Assembly: GCA_963835065.1 (NCBI GenBank)
Contig: CAWIEK010000011.1
Coordinates: 64,001 to 128,000 of the forward strand
Origin: an uncultured Chthonomonadaceae bacterium
GTDB taxonomy: Bacteria; Armatimonadota; Chthonomonadetes; Chthonomonadales; Chthonomonadaceae
Direction of reading: 5' to 3'
DNA: 64,000 nt
In this document: piece after piece, positions 10,373-21,488 of the stretch
Position numbering within the stretch: position 1 is the first letter of the stretch
Layout of the letters: the number at the start of each line of letters is the position of its first letter
Position numbers and translations under genes: made by a program
The notes under the pieces: generated by a model
Database searches by the model: none
Told to the model about the DNA's origin: nothing
The model's input: the letters and a program-made list of their open reading frames with translations, nothing else

Positions 10373-13300
10373 TCAGCGTACTTTCAGTAACGGAAGGTCG
10401 CCGGCGGAGTCGAGGGGTTCGTAGAGCTTGGGGCTTTGCTTGCCGGGGGCGACGAGTTCGCGGACGCGGTTGAAGATGTAACTGAAGGCGTTGCGGAACA
10501 CGATTACGCCGTCCGCGTCCACATAGGCTTTGTTTTGCGCTTGCCCCATTTCCAGAAACGCTTTGGTGAACGCGCCGTGCATCCATGTCTCGTTTTCCAA
10601 ACTTTGCTCCGTCGGGCGGCAAGCCGAGAGGACGTACAGGCCGCTTTCCGTGGCTTCGCGGATGGTTTCGCGGCGCGGGTCGAAGCCCCGGCCTTTTACC
10701 GGGTCGAAGGTGCGGAACAGTTCGATGCCGACGCCCCCGGCATGGCAGGTGTCAATCAGGAGCAGAACCGGGCAGGGCAACTGCTTCAAGCGGTCAATGA
10801 TTTTGCTCCACGCCACGCCGGTTTCTTCCATGCGCGCCTGGCTGGAAGCGTCCAGATTGGAGGGCGCGAAGAACAGCGAGGTTTTGTCCGGGCCGCCCGG
10901 AAAGCCGTGCGAGGCGACAAACACCACCACGCAGTCGCGCCGGTTTTTGCCCACGCGCTTGCTCAGGTCTTCGATGGCCTGCGTAATGCCCTCCCCCGTT
11001 GCGGCCTCGTTCAGCAGGGATTTCGCTTCGATGTGCTTGAACAGCTTGTCCTGCTGCGCGCGGTACAGGCTTTCCATCGCTTTGGCATCCTCGACGGTGT
11101 ACCCTAGCTGCCAGCGGGCGTCCAGTTTGGGGAATTTGCCGACCCCGATAGACAGCAGGTGCAGCGTTTCAAAGTGCGTTTCGTCCTCCTGCGCGTTGGC
11201 GGCTTTGTACGTGACGTGCAGTTCCGAGGCCAGTCCGCGCACCCCCTGCGCATTAACGGCAAAAACGCGGATCGTGTTGGGTCCAGGCGTGAGCGCAACC
11301 GTGAACTGCGGCTGCTTGTTGTCCGGCCCGGCATCCACTTCCACGATGTTGCGGGCGGCGGGCGATTCCAGAACAACGGCGCGCATTTTGGAATCCGGGC
11401 GCGCGTTGCCCTCGTAGCCAGCGGTCACGGTCACTTCCGGGGTATCTACCACGCTGTTGTCGCGTGGCGATTGTATCACGATGGCCGGAGGAGCGAGTTT
11501 GGGCAAGTCCTGAAGGATGTCAACGGCTGCCGTCGGCTTGCCGCGCTCCTGATCGGCCTGCTGCAAGGCGAGTGTCAGGCTGCCGGTCTTGAACTGGTAG
11601 AAAATCACGTCTGGGCGGTACAGCAGGGGCGCGAACCGGTCGGCGGAGTAGTAATCGGGCGCTTTGTCCAGGCCGTGATTGACGTGCCAGCCGATCAAGC
11701 GATCTCCGGTTGCCGAAGCGTTGTAATAGCCCTGCGGCGTCCACGCGACCCAATCGTCCTCATTGGCCTGAAAAATGGAAAGCAGGGGGCGCGTAATCCG
11801 CCGCCCAAGCGCGACGATTTCGTCTTTGGGATCGAGACTCCAGATGCGAATGGTCTGATCCATCGAAGCGGACGCGAGGTATTTGCCGTTGGGCGATACG
11901 GCAACCGCAGTGACGGGGCCTTCATGCCCTTCAAACAGGCGCGTTGGCGGGCCATCCGGTTTGGCGTACAGGGCAAGATACTGATCCGAGCCGACAATCA
12001 CGCTCCCGTCCTGCGTGTACGTGGCGCACCGAAACAGATCGCCCGTTTGCGCGGAAATGCGCCTGGGGTTGCCGCCCTTGCCGCCCGGTTTGTCGCCCAT
12101 TGTCAGGCTCGCATTGTCGAAAGCGATGTCTAATTGTCCGTTTGCGCCCCGCGTTTCGCCGCTCACCCAGGGGCTTGTCGGATCAAACGTATCGGCGGGA
12201 ACGGCGCGGGACAGATCGAACGCGGCTTCCAGTTTCGCGCTTTTGTAGGCGGTGTTCCACGCGACCTGCGTATTGTCCGGCGACCACGCGACGGCGAAAT
12301 TGGGCTTGCCGGTTCCCTGCAGGGCGCGAACTTCGTCCCCCGTCGCGGCTTTCCAGACGTGAATGGTTCCGAACAAATCTCCCGTTGCGGCCTGCGTTCC
12401 ATCCGGCGCAAGGGCGCAGGCGAAAATCGGCGCGGCGTGGGTGTTGAACGTTCGGGTGACGTGGAAATCCGGGCCGGTCCACACGCTTGCCGACAAGTCC
12501 TGCCCGCCCTCTCCTCCGGCACTGAGCATTTCGCGCCCGTCCGCACTGAACGCGAGGCAAACAACCGTATCCTTCTGGCGCGGCAGGGCTTCCGGCTTGG
12601 AATTGGCCTGCCCGTTCCAGAGGTGAATGGTTCCGTCCCGGCTGCCGAACGCAAGCGCGTTCTGCGACGACCACGCGACGCAGTTGACCAGATCGCGCCA
12701 CGCCCATTTTTGGTTTTGCTTGTAGCTGCGCGTATCCCACACAAGCACTTCGCCACTGAAAGCGTTTTTCGTGGTTTCATGGCTGCTGGCAACCGCAAGC
12801 TGCGAACCGTCCGGCGACAGCGCGACCCCGGCAAGGTAGGGGCGGGACTGCCGATCTTTCAGCGACCATTCGTGCAGCGATTTTTGATCCGCCACATCCC
12901 ACAGCCGTACGGAGCCATCCGCATCGCACGACGCCAGCCGCTTCCCATCTCCCGAAAACGCAAGCCCCGTCACCGTGTTCAGCAAATCGCCATGCGCTGT
13001 TTGTATGCGACTGGCATGTCCCGCCAATTTGCCGACAATCTTGCCCGTTGTGTAATCCAGCAGCAGGATATTGCCATGCCCACTGGTCAGGCCGAGCGCA
13101 AGCAGATGGGATGCCGGGTCAGGCGAAATCACCGCGGACTTCACAGCCCCATCCAAATCCGCCCCAATCTGGAAGCGAAGCGCGCGCTGCCGCCCCGTTT
13201 TCAAATCCCAGACCCGCGCCACTTTGTCAAACCCGGCGGAAATCAGCGTTTGTCCGTCCGGCGTAAACTGCACTGCCCGCACCTGTGAGGTATGCCCGCC

Positions 13301-13402
13301 CGGATTGACCCGCAAAATCGGCGCGTCCTCGCCCCACGCCGCGCCCCCCAGCAGGCACAACACAAACGCGAAGAGAAACTGCTTAATGGTACTGTCTTTC
13401 AT
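10373..13402 (-). CDS. secreted WD40-repeat protein with C-terminal caspase (peptidase C14) domain
   Basis: Signal peptide, many GH...WD repeats, and catalytic SHG and DTCH motifs. Confidence 0.9.
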   Translation of the reverse strand: MKDSTIKQFLFAFVLCLLGGAAWGEDAPILRVNPGGHTSQVRAVQFTPDGQTLISAGFDKVARVWDLKTGRQRALRFQIGADLDGAVKSAVISPDPASHLLALGLTSGHGNILLLDYTTGKIVGKLAGHASRIQTAHGDLLNTVTGLAFSGDGKRLASCDADGSVRLWDVADQKSLHEWSLKDRQSRPYLAGVALSPDGSQLAVASSHETTKNAFSGEVLVWDTRSYKQNQKWAWRDLVNCVAWSSQNALAFGSRDGTIHLWNGQANSKPEALPRQKDTVVCLAFSADGREMLSAGGEGGQDLSASVWTGPDFHVTRTFNTHAAPIFACALAPDGTQAATGDLFGTIHVWKAATGDEVRALQGTGKPNFAVAWSPDNTQVAWNTAYKSAKLEAAFDLSRAVPADTFDPTSPWVSGETRGANGQLDIAFDNASLTMGDKPGGKGGNPRRISAQTGDLFRCATYTQDGSVIVGSDQYLALYAKPDGPPTRLFEGHEGPVTAVAVSPNGKYLASASMDQTIRIWSLDPKDEIVALGRRITRPLLSIFQANEDDWVAWTPQGYYNASATGDRLIGWHVNHGLDKAPDYYSADRFAPLLYRPDVIFYQFKTGSLTLALQQADQERGKPTAAVDILQDLPKLAPPAIVIQSPRDNSVVDTPEVTVTAGYEGNARPDSKMRAVVLESPAARNIVEVDAGPDNKQPQFTVALTPGPNTIRVFAVNAQGVRGLASELHVTYKAANAQEDETHFETLHLLSIGVGKFPKLDARWQLGYTVEDAKAMESLYRAQQDKLFKHIEAKSLLNEAATGEGITQAIEDLSKRVGKNRRDCVVVFVASHGFPGGPDKTSLFFAPSNLDASSQARMEETGVAWSKIIDRLKQLPCPVLLLIDTCHAGGVGIELFRTFDPVKGRGFDPRRETIREATESGLYVLSACRPTEQSLENETWMHGAFTKAFLEMGQAQNKAYVDADGVIVFRNAFSYIFNRVRELVAPGKQSPKLYEPLDSAGDLPLLKVR

Positions 13403-13488
13403 GGTCGTACTTCAATCCAGGAAAAAGGAAAAAGGAGAAAGGAAAAAGCCTGACACCTAAAACCTTAAAACGCCAAAACCCTAAAACC

Positions 13489-14157
13489 CTAGAAATTATA
13501 GCCCAATCCGACGGTAAAGCGGTTCAGGTCGTCGGAGCGGTCGCGCAGATACCAGATGCCGGCGTTGGCGTTGAGGTTGCCATATAACTGGTAGCTGCCC
13601 TGCACATACGCGGTTATTGAGGACGTGCTGCGGCCTGATGCCAGATCGAAGAAACCGCCCAATCCGCCTTCAATAGACCAGCGGCGCGTGGACTGCGGAT
13701 TGACGCGCTGCGAAAGCAGATCGTAAACAAAAAACGCCGTGTACGCCGCGCCCGGAACTCGCGAGGATTGCAGGTAGCTGAACTGGATGCCGAATTCCGG
13801 CGTGATAAAGCCGCGCGCATGGTATTCGCTCAGAGAGGCGTTGCCTTTAGTCCAGTACCAGCCGCCCAATTCCAATGCGCCCCGCGATTTCGCGGGTTTG
13901 ATGCCGATGTTGGTGGCGAGCAGCAGGCCAAAGTCCGTTTGCGTACCCGATGCGCCGTTGGCGAAGTTGCCCCCGGCGGTAAACGGCGCAAGCGGATAAA
14001 TGTCGAAGTTGCCATACGCTCGCGTTTGCTGCTGGCGCGAAGCGTCAAAGCGTACCAGGGCGCTGCCGCCGGGAAACTGCGCGCGGGCGGGCGGCATCAG
14101 TCCTACGCCGAGCATCAGCATTGCCAAAAGGGTTCTCAAACCGTGTGTGCGCTGCAA
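13489..14157 (-). CDS. putative outer-membrane beta-barrel protein
   Basis: Signal peptide (ARA-Q), alternating aromatic strands and terminal GLGYNF. Confidence 0.65.
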   Translation of the reverse strand: MQRTHGLRTLLAMLMLGVGLMPPARAQFPGGSALVRFDASRQQQTRAYGNFDIYPLAPFTAGGNFANGASGTQTDFGLLLATNIGIKPAKSRGALELGGWYWTKGNASLSEYHARGFITPEFGIQFSYLQSSRVPGAAYTAFFVYDLLSQRVNPQSTRRWSIEGGLGGFFDLASGRSTSSITAYVQGSYQLYGNLNANAGIWYLRDRSDDLNRFTVGLGYNF

Positions 14158-14172
14158 GGCATGTCTCCTTGG

Positions 14173-14272
14173 TAGGCATCAGGCATTAGGCATTAGGCAT
14201 TAGTTTTGGGTGGCAGGTGCGCGCTGACCTTTCCTCTTATATCTAATGCCTAATGCCTAATGCCTAATGCCT
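14173..14272. repeat. heptamer-tandem palindrome (TAGGCAT)n ... (ATGCCTA)n
   Basis: About 4 units at 14173-14203 and the reverse complement at 14243-14272. Confidence 0.9.
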
Positions 14273-14277
14273 GCTTT

Positions 14278-15961
14278 CTAAAATCGCCGGGGAAGCGGCT
14301 GGTCTACCGCAACGGCGTAGGGCGCGTTCAGGGCGGAACCGCCGCCAGGGGCATACGTGCCTGAAGAGCCGAAAATCAGGCCAAGTCCGAACGTGACATC
14401 CGCTTGAACTATACGCTGGTTGCCCGTGTCGGCGATATACAGGTGGTTGTAGCCGTCGAACGCGAGGCCGCGCGGCGCGTTGAGCGCGACATTGCTGGCG
14501 GCGTTGATGCGCGAAGAAACCGTAATTGTGTCGAAGTTGAGGATGTTAAGACTGTTCGTTTCCCCATTGAGTTGAAGCACCTGATTGGAGTCAACGTCAG
14601 AAACATATAAATTGCCATTGTTGGCAACGATGCCGAAGGGATTGCGCAATCCAACCACGCCCTGCCCGGTGAAACTGCTATAAAACATCCCCTCGAACTC
14701 CATAATGGCAGGGAGTGGCGTCGTGGCGGGACTGACGGGAACCTGCGTGTATGTAAACACCTCCGTGTTGTTCAACATATTAAGAGTCAGGCCATTGTGG
14801 AAGAGTTGTGGAATCAATGGCAAATTGCTGCACAAAGTTGATCGTGTTGTTAGTTTGATTGAAGGTACACTGCACGATCCGCCCATTGCCGTTGTCAAGC
14901 ACATAGATGTTGTCGCTGTTATCTACGGCAACGGCGGTGACATTGGAAAAGTTGGTTCCATTGGCCGAGGATAGAACTGTCAGATCGGAGCCATTCGGGT
15001 TGTTGACCCGCACGATGCGGTTCGCGCCTGTATCCGCCACGTACACGCCGCCGACAGAGTTGACGGCAACTCCCTGCGGGTGCGTGAAACTGTAACTCGC
15101 GCCCGAAGGTGGCAGAGTGGCGCGGTTGTCGCCGTTGATGTTGTCTACTTCGACGATGTTGTTGTTGGCCTGGTCGCAGATGTAGATGATGGGCAGGATT
15201 TGCAGATTATTGAAATCAGTTTGGCGATTGGGATTACCGGGAAACTGCGCCGCTTCGCCCGGCTCCTGATAAATAGCATGGAGATTGGTTTGCCGCGCCG
15301 TCACGCCGGAAACGGTTGCAATTAGATGCGTAGGGTCCAGAGTGGTGACAACGGCTATCGAAGGGTCATCCGTGTTCCAACTGACAGTAGACGGGTCCAC
15401 AAGAACCGTTTCGCCATTTGCGTCCTCAAACGTCACAGTGTAGTCGGACGCGCGCGTCCGCGTCAATTGCTGCGAACCGGAAATGAAGGTGTGGCCGAGG
15501 TCAATGGTGGTATCCATTGTCAAGGTCAGGCTGGCCGTTTGGTTCGCCTGAATGGTGACGTTGGGATTGGTCGCGCTGGCCTGCGCGGTTCCGGTTCCAT
15601 CGGGATTGGGAAACGCAACGGACGTGACCGCAATGGTTCCGGTGGGAACGGTATTAAAAGTGTACGTGCTTGTCGCGTTCGCGCCGCTGCCGGTTGGGGT
15701 AAGGGGCGGGGAGGTGGCTGTAAAGCCGGTTGGCGCTTTTACGGTGACAACCACGCTCATGGAGGCAAGCGGAATAAAGCGATGCCGTTTTGCCGCTTTT
15801 GCAGGCGTGGGCCATTTGAAGGTTACGGTCAGCTTGCCTTTGCCGCCCGTGCGCCCCGCGTTCGCAGCGGAATTCCGCCCCGCCCCGCCGCCACAGCCGC
15901 AAAGCGACACCGCAAGCAGTATTCCCAACACCGCACAAGGAAAATTCGATAAGCCGCGCAT
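14278..15961 (-). CDS. lipoprotein with Ig-like and NHL repeats (frameshift near 14810)
   Basis: Lipobox-like SLCGC. NHL repeats (PQGVAV..GGVYVADTGANRI; PRGLAFD..LYIADTGNQRI) are split over ORFs 14780-15994 and 14278-14904. Confidence 0.75.
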
Positions 15962-16093
15962 GGCGTATTGCTCCTGAAAACCCGCATCAAACAATCATAA
16001 TTACATCTGCCAACAACGTTCTCACCACAATCCCGATGAAAACACCGCCCCACCTGAACACCTGAACACCCGAGTACCTGAACACCCAACCCC

Positions 16094-18196
16094 CTAATTC
16101 ACCGACACATTCAGCCCGCCCGATTGTACCGTGATGGTGGCGGTTGCCTGAAGGGTTCCGTTTGCCTGACTGGTGGCGATTAGATGGTAGGTTCCGGGCG
16201 TGGTGGGAGCCGTGTAATTGGTCGTGTTGCCGGTCTGCCCGGATAGGCTGCCGCCGGACGCGCCCTCTTGAATGCTCCACGTCACCGTATTGTTGAGCAG
16301 GCCGGCAGTGACGCCGAAGAACGTGGTCGTTTGCTGCAAGGTCAGCGTCGCGCTGCCCGGAATGATGACAACGGACGAGGATGCCGTTCCGACAACGGTG
16401 ATGGGAATCAAAGCCGTCAGGGTATTGTCGCCCTGGCTGACGACGCGAAGATGGTACGTGCCGGGCGTGTTGGGCGCGGCGTAAGTTTCGGTTCCGTCCT
16501 GGTTCGCCGTCAGGGTTCCGCCGCCGCCTTCCTGAAGGCTGTAAGTAACGCCCGTGTTGGCTAACCCCGTCACGATGCCGCGCACGGTCAGGGTACTGGA
16601 AGGGAACACAAGCGCGGCAGTCAGATTGGTGTACAAAGCCGGAGCCGCCCGCGCGGAAACCGTAACCGTCGAAACCGCGACAAGCGAGGAATTGGCCTGA
16701 CTGGTAGCGACAATGTGATAAGTTCCCGCAGTGGCGGGAGCCGTGTAGGTTTCGGTTCCGTCCGAATTGGCGGTCAGGGTTCCCCCGCTCGCGCCTTCCT
16801 GAATGCCGTAGTTGACGCCTGTATTCGTCTGGTTGGTGACGATAGCCCGCAGGGTCACGCTGGTTTGCTGCGCCAATGTGACCGCGCTCAGGGTGGAGTA
16901 GATGGCGGAAGGCGCGAACTGCACGACAACGGTAGAAACGGCTTTCTGCGTGGTATCCGCCTGGCTGGTGGCAACGACGTGGTAAATTCCGGGCGTACCC
17001 GACGCGGTATACGTTTCGGTTGCGTCCGCGTTCGCGGTCAGGGTTCCGCCACTCGCGCCTTCCTGAATACTCCACGTAACGCCCGTGTTGGTTTTGCCCT
17101 GCACACTTGCCGACAGCGTAAGGACGGCTTGCGGCGTAACCGTTGCCGAAGTCAGGCTGGACGTGATGAGGGCATGGACGGCTTCCTGCACAACAACTGT
17201 TGCGGCCACGCTCTGACTCGGATCGGCCTGACTGGTGGCGACGATGTGGTACGTTCCCGCCCGGTTCGGCGCGGTGTACGCGCCTGTAGAAGAATTAATC
17301 GTGCCGCCCGCCGCGCCTTCCTGAATGCTGTAGGTCACGCCCCCGCTTCCCGATGGCGTCGTGGCAGCGGTAAAGGTCAGGCTTTGATTGATGGTCATCA
17401 CCACCGCAGCCGGACTGAAGGCGATGTTGACATGGACGACGACGGGAAAGGCGGGGGATGCAATTCCGGGATCGGTAGCAGACACTTTTACGGTTGCAAT
17501 GATGTTGGCGGAACCGGGCTGTTTGGCGGTAATCTGGCCGGAAGCCGGGTCAACGCTGACAGCCGGATTGTCGGACGCCCATGTCAGGTTGCCGGGAGCA
17601 ATGAGAACCACGTTGTTACTGCTGTCGCGGGGGGTGGCAACGAGGGGAGCCGTTTGCCCGACGGTAAGAGACAGGGGATTGCCCGCCGAAATCGCCACGC
17701 TTTGCCCCGCGCCGAGCAATGTACCCGGCGTCACATCCACATGGTCAACGGTGCTGTTGAGCGTAATGGTCGGAGCCTGCGTGTTCTGGCCGGCGGCAAT
17801 GGTGATGGGAATAGCCGCCTCCGCGACGGGAACGCCGGTTCCTGCCGTGTTGGGAAAAGCGTAAACGGTAGCTGTCAGGGGAACACCCGCCGGCAGGCCG
17901 CTGATGGCGGCGGCGGTCTGCCCGCCCTGATCGGGGCGGGGAAACAGCTTACTGCCTACATCCACGCCGCCGTTCGTGACGGTGATGCGGATGCTGCCGA
18001 CAATATCGGGAATTATGCGGGAAGGCCGCGAAGCGTGTTTGTTGGACGCGGGCCACGCGATGGTAAACGTCGCCTGCCCGGTCTGCCGCGCCGTCGTGCC
18101 GGTCTGCGTCCCAACTGACGACGACTTGCCTCCGCCGCACCCGCTCAACAGGAGCGCCACCACAACCACAAGCATACCGCCAACTAAGCGCTTCAT
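16094..18196 (-). CDS. lipoprotein with tandem Ig-like repeats
   Basis: Lipobox LLSGC and five repeats of GVT(Y/W)SIQEG..GG...YTAP..GTYHIVATSQ. Confidence 0.85.
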   Translation of the reverse strand: MKRLVGGMLVVVVALLLSGCGGGKSSSVGTQTGTTARQTGQATFTIAWPASNKHASRPSRIIPDIVGSIRITVTNGGVDVGSKLFPRPDQGGQTAAAISGLPAGVPLTATVYAFPNTAGTGVPVAEAAIPITIAAGQNTQAPTITLNSTVDHVDVTPGTLLGAGQSVAISAGNPLSLTVGQTAPLVATPRDSSNNVVLIAPGNLTWASDNPAVSVDPASGQITAKQPGSANIIATVKVSATDPGIASPAFPVVVHVNIAFSPAAVVMTINQSLTFTAATTPSGSGGVTYSIQEGAAGGTINSSTGAYTAPNRAGTYHIVATSQADPSQSVAATVVVQEAVHALITSSLTSATVTPQAVLTLSASVQGKTNTGVTWSIQEGASGGTLTANADATETYTASGTPGIYHVVATSQADTTQKAVSTVVVQFAPSAIYSTLSAVTLAQQTSVTLRAIVTNQTNTGVNYGIQEGASGGTLTANSDGTETYTAPATAGTYHIVATSQANSSLVAVSTVTVSARAAPALYTNLTAALVFPSSTLTVRGIVTGLANTGVTYSLQEGGGGTLTANQDGTETYAAPNTPGTYHLRVVSQGDNTLTALIPITVVGTASSSVVIIPGSATLTLQQTTTFFGVTAGLLNNTVTWSIQEGASGGSLSGQTGNTTNYTAPTTPGTYHLIATSQANGTLQATATITVQSGGLNVSVN

Positions 18197-18268
18197 ATCT
18201 GTAGGTTCCTTGCTTCGCTTGCCTTCTTTGCTGTCTTTGCTTCTTTGCGGTTCAACAATCCCTGGCGG

Positions 18269-19214
18269 CTACTGCACGATAAAGCCGCCCGTGCCGGACT
18301 GCACCGTGACCGTTGCGGTTGCCGATTGCGTGGAATCGGACTGGCTGACCGCAATAATGTGGAACGTTCCGGCTCCGGGAGGGCGCGGTATAGGTGGCCG
18401 AACCGTCGCTGTTGGTAACAAGGGTTCCGCCTGACGCGCCTTCCTGAATACTCCACGTGACGGGCTGGCTGGCCGTAAATGTCTGCTGCGCGCCGGGCGC
18501 GACAGTTGCGCTGGTAGGATTGACAAACACACCGGCCACAACCTGCACCTGCGCGGGCATACTGGTCAAGCCCTGCGCGGAAATCGTGACGGTTGCCGTG
18601 CCGAGTTTCAAGCCTTTGAGCTGCGTGTTGTTGTTCACGGCTTGTACGACATCCTGCCCATCGGTTACGGCGAAACTGATCTGACTGGCGGGAACCGCCA
18701 CATAGTTGCCGTCCTTGTCGCGCAGAATGGCGTCAAGGGCGCGGGTCTGCCCGATAATAAGGGACTGGTTAGGGACAAGGGCAATGGAAGCAACGGGCGT
18801 ATTGGAAGCAAGGCCGAACTGGTTGTTGCCGGCCTTCAGCGTCACGGGCACATTGGAACTGGAAATCACATCGCCGCTGGCGTCCGGACCGGAGTAAAAG
18901 CGCGAACTCAGTGTAGTCACGATGGGGCGCAGGGGGCCGAGCGGGTGTCCGTCCGCGGGAACAGGAAACATGCCGCCATTGGTGGGGTTGATGTTCTGCG
19001 TATACGTAAAATCGGAACCGTTCAGGTTCGCTTTGGCAATTGCAAGTTGAACCGATTTGGGCTGCGGCGCGGGCATGGGCGCAACCGTCGCCGTAAAGGT
19101 GACAGTGGCGGCAACCAACCCGGTCGGCGGTCCCAAATCCCCTCCGCAGCCGGAAAGCAGCAACCCGGAAAACAGAACCATTATAAGCAGCAAAACACCG
19201 GCAAGGCAGCGCAT
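18269..19214 (-). CDS. lipoprotein with Ig-like domains (frameshift near 18385)
   Basis: Lipobox LLSGC and the same VTWSIQEGASGG repeat. The C-terminus GTFHIIAVSQ..TVTVQSG lies in a shifted frame ending at 18269. Confidence 0.75.
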
Positions 19215-19555
19215 GTCTTCCTCTTCTTGTGTGTAGAATACAGCCAAAAACGGCAATGCGGAATCTTGCAAATGGCGACAAAGACGGCAGTTATGTGGAG
19301 GGGGAACGCGCCAACGGCTTATTTTAACAAGCAGGCGCATCATCAAGCAAACGCTAAATCCAACGGAATAAACCATCCGGCGGTAAAAAGCGTCTTGGAA
19401 AAATACTAATCTACTTTTTCATCTTACCTTATCAACGCATGGAAAAAGCAATAGCCGACGGGAATTAGACTGGACTTTGTTCAAAATCAGGTATTTCGCC
19501 AAAACCAGCGAGTTATTTAACATCAGAACGGTCGCGCTACGCGAAGTTCCGTTTG

Positions 19556-20363
19556 TCAAATTCGAAGGCCATGTTCGCGCAGCAAGGCATCGGCCCAAAC
19601 CGCGTCTTCTTCAGAAAGCGCTTCAACCGGCTCAGTCGTGTAATCTATGTCGCGGTCGTAGGCCATATCCACATAATGGCGATCAACAACCGCCTGTAAA
19701 TCAAGCGCAACATCCTGTTCACCGGCACGGAGGGGAACGGCGATACGCGGCAGACGGTCACGCAGGGTCATCAGCCAAACCTCGAAGCGGCCCGGATGAT
19801 AGCCGCGATGCAGGCAAACAGCGTAATGATAATCATAAGTGGACAGCAGTGACTCCGGCACAGCGATGGTATGCAGGCCGCGCCGCAGCAAATCTATTTC
19901 CAACAGGCTTGTTTCGCTGGCTAGCGTTTGTTCCTGCTTGCGCCGATACAAAGCGTGTCCCGGATTTTGCGCGGTTTTGTTGGTCGGACTGAGCAGTTCA
20001 ATGGCGGTGATAACTTCACGGCTACGGGTGTCCACAACATTGACATACGCCTCCCGAACTTCCAGTGACGAAATCTGAAAAATCAGCGCGGGATCAACCG
20101 CAGAAGCCACTTGCAATTCGGCGACGGCGACACTGCCCGTTGGCATGTGGGGAACGCGGCGATTGCAGACGAACCGCAATATCGGGGCGCGTCCGGTTTG
20201 TCGGCTGTTCGATGTAGCAGCGCACTCCCACGCGGGCGATATAGCCCGGCGGCAGGGAAGCGTTGAGAGCCGTCGCAAGGTAGGTAACAAGGCTGTTATG
20301 GCAGCCTTCCCATTCTGCCGGGTCTTCCAAATAAGGATTCATGCCGGAAAAGGGATTGGGCAT
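19556..20363 (-). CDS. DUF4058-family protein (frameshift near 20150-20190)
   Basis: MPNPFSGMNPYLE start, plus ITAIELLSPTNK and LLEIDLLRRG in the second frame. Confidence 0.8.
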
Positions 20364-20411
20364 GATTTCTGTTCCTTTTTTCTTCTTTTAGTTTGCGCAG
20401 CAGGTTGAATG

Positions 20412-20789
20412 TTAAGGATGCGGGATGCGGCGCAGTATAAACGTTGCTCCATCAAGAACCGGCAACACCAATTCGTAGCCATACATCAGCGACATTCCTA
20501 CCAGCGAATCGGCTTCCAGTTCGTCTATGCGAATAGTCATCGGCTGACCATCCCATAAAACGACGCCCTTGTAGATATTGAACGTGGTTTCACTGCCGTC
20601 CGCGAGAATAGCTCGCCCAAACCTGTGCCAGCGTAAGCCGAGTATGGCAATCACATCCGGCGGCAGCGTCAAAGTACCATTGTAGCCGGTATCTATAAGC
20701 GAGTTGTACGTATGTTCCTGACCATTCGCATCATGTAAGGTGAGGCTCAAAATAGCCTCGCGCTGTGCCGTAACAACCCCTGTCATCAT
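20412..20789 (-). CDS. clan AA aspartic protease
   Basis: IDTGYNG catalytic motif, LADGS and LVGMSL. Confidence 0.8.
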   Translation of the reverse strand: MMTGVVTAQREAILSLTLHDANGQEHTYNSLIDTGYNGTLTLPPDVIAILGLRWHRFGRAILADGSETTFNIYKGVVLWDGQPMTIRIDELEADSLVGMSLMYGYELVLPVLDGATFILRRIPHP

Positions 20790-21061
20790 GCGCTTTGCTC
20801 GCTCCGTCCTGCGCCAAACCGACGCACATAGCGTGAGCCAACACGCAGCACCATGATCTGCGCGTCGGGCAATCGCGCTTGCAGGCGGTCTGCGGCAATG
20901 TCTTCATCAGCATCTATTTCCCACGCGCCGGTATCCAAGTCAACGGCGACAATTTCATTGTTGTGCGCCGGTTCCACCTGAGCGCGAATATCGCGGTCAT
21001 ATATCTCGTCGCCGCGTCGGGCGGCTTCTTCTTTACTGTAGCGTGGCTGGTGTACGAGCAT
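20786..21061 (-). CDS. small hypothetical protein, partner of the aspartic protease
   Basis: PRYSKEEAARRGDEIY...IVAVDLDTG. Overlaps the protease start (ATGA). Confidence 0.75.
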   Translation of the reverse strand: MLVHQPRYSKEEAARRGDEIYDRDIRAQVEPAHNNEIVAVDLDTGAWEIDADEDIAADRLQARLPDAQIMVLRVGSRYVRRFGAGRSEQSA

Positions 21062-21152
21062 AATGTTCTCCCGTCAGGTAGCTGTCGGCGTATAGCAGAC
21101 ATTCTTGCCTATCTTCTCTGACATGGTTTGCAACCTTTCAGTTGCGCAAACT

Positions 21153-21488
21153 TTACGCGACGGCGAAATCGGTGTAGTGGCGCAAGTCTGCTGGATGGAA
21201 GGCGAGTACGATATTTTGTTTCGGAACCCCTTCCCGCATCAGCATTTCCGCCAGGCGCAGATTGGTTCCGTCGTGCTGAATCCAGACTTTATCGTCCTGC
21301 ACGTCCACATGCAGGTAGACATCATCCACGCGGCGCTTGCCTTCCCATCCGACCTGCCCCAACTGATAGTGTCCGGTTGTCTCGTCACAAATCAGTTCGG
21401 TTTTCAATTCGGCTTCAGAAGGCATCATTGCGGCAACCTCCTCAAAAACGCGCCGGACAATCACACGAAACTCGTAAGTTCGATCCAT
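21153..21488 (-). CDS. xisI: XisI-family protein
   Basis: HYQL..VGW...LHVDV.DDKVWIQHDGT...IVLAFH. Confidence 0.85.
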   Translation of the reverse strand: MDRTYEFRVIVRRVFEEVAAMMPSEAELKTELICDETTGHYQLGQVGWEGKRRVDDVYLHVDVQDDKVWIQHDGTNLRLAEMLMREGVPKQNIVLAFHPADLRHYTDFAVA

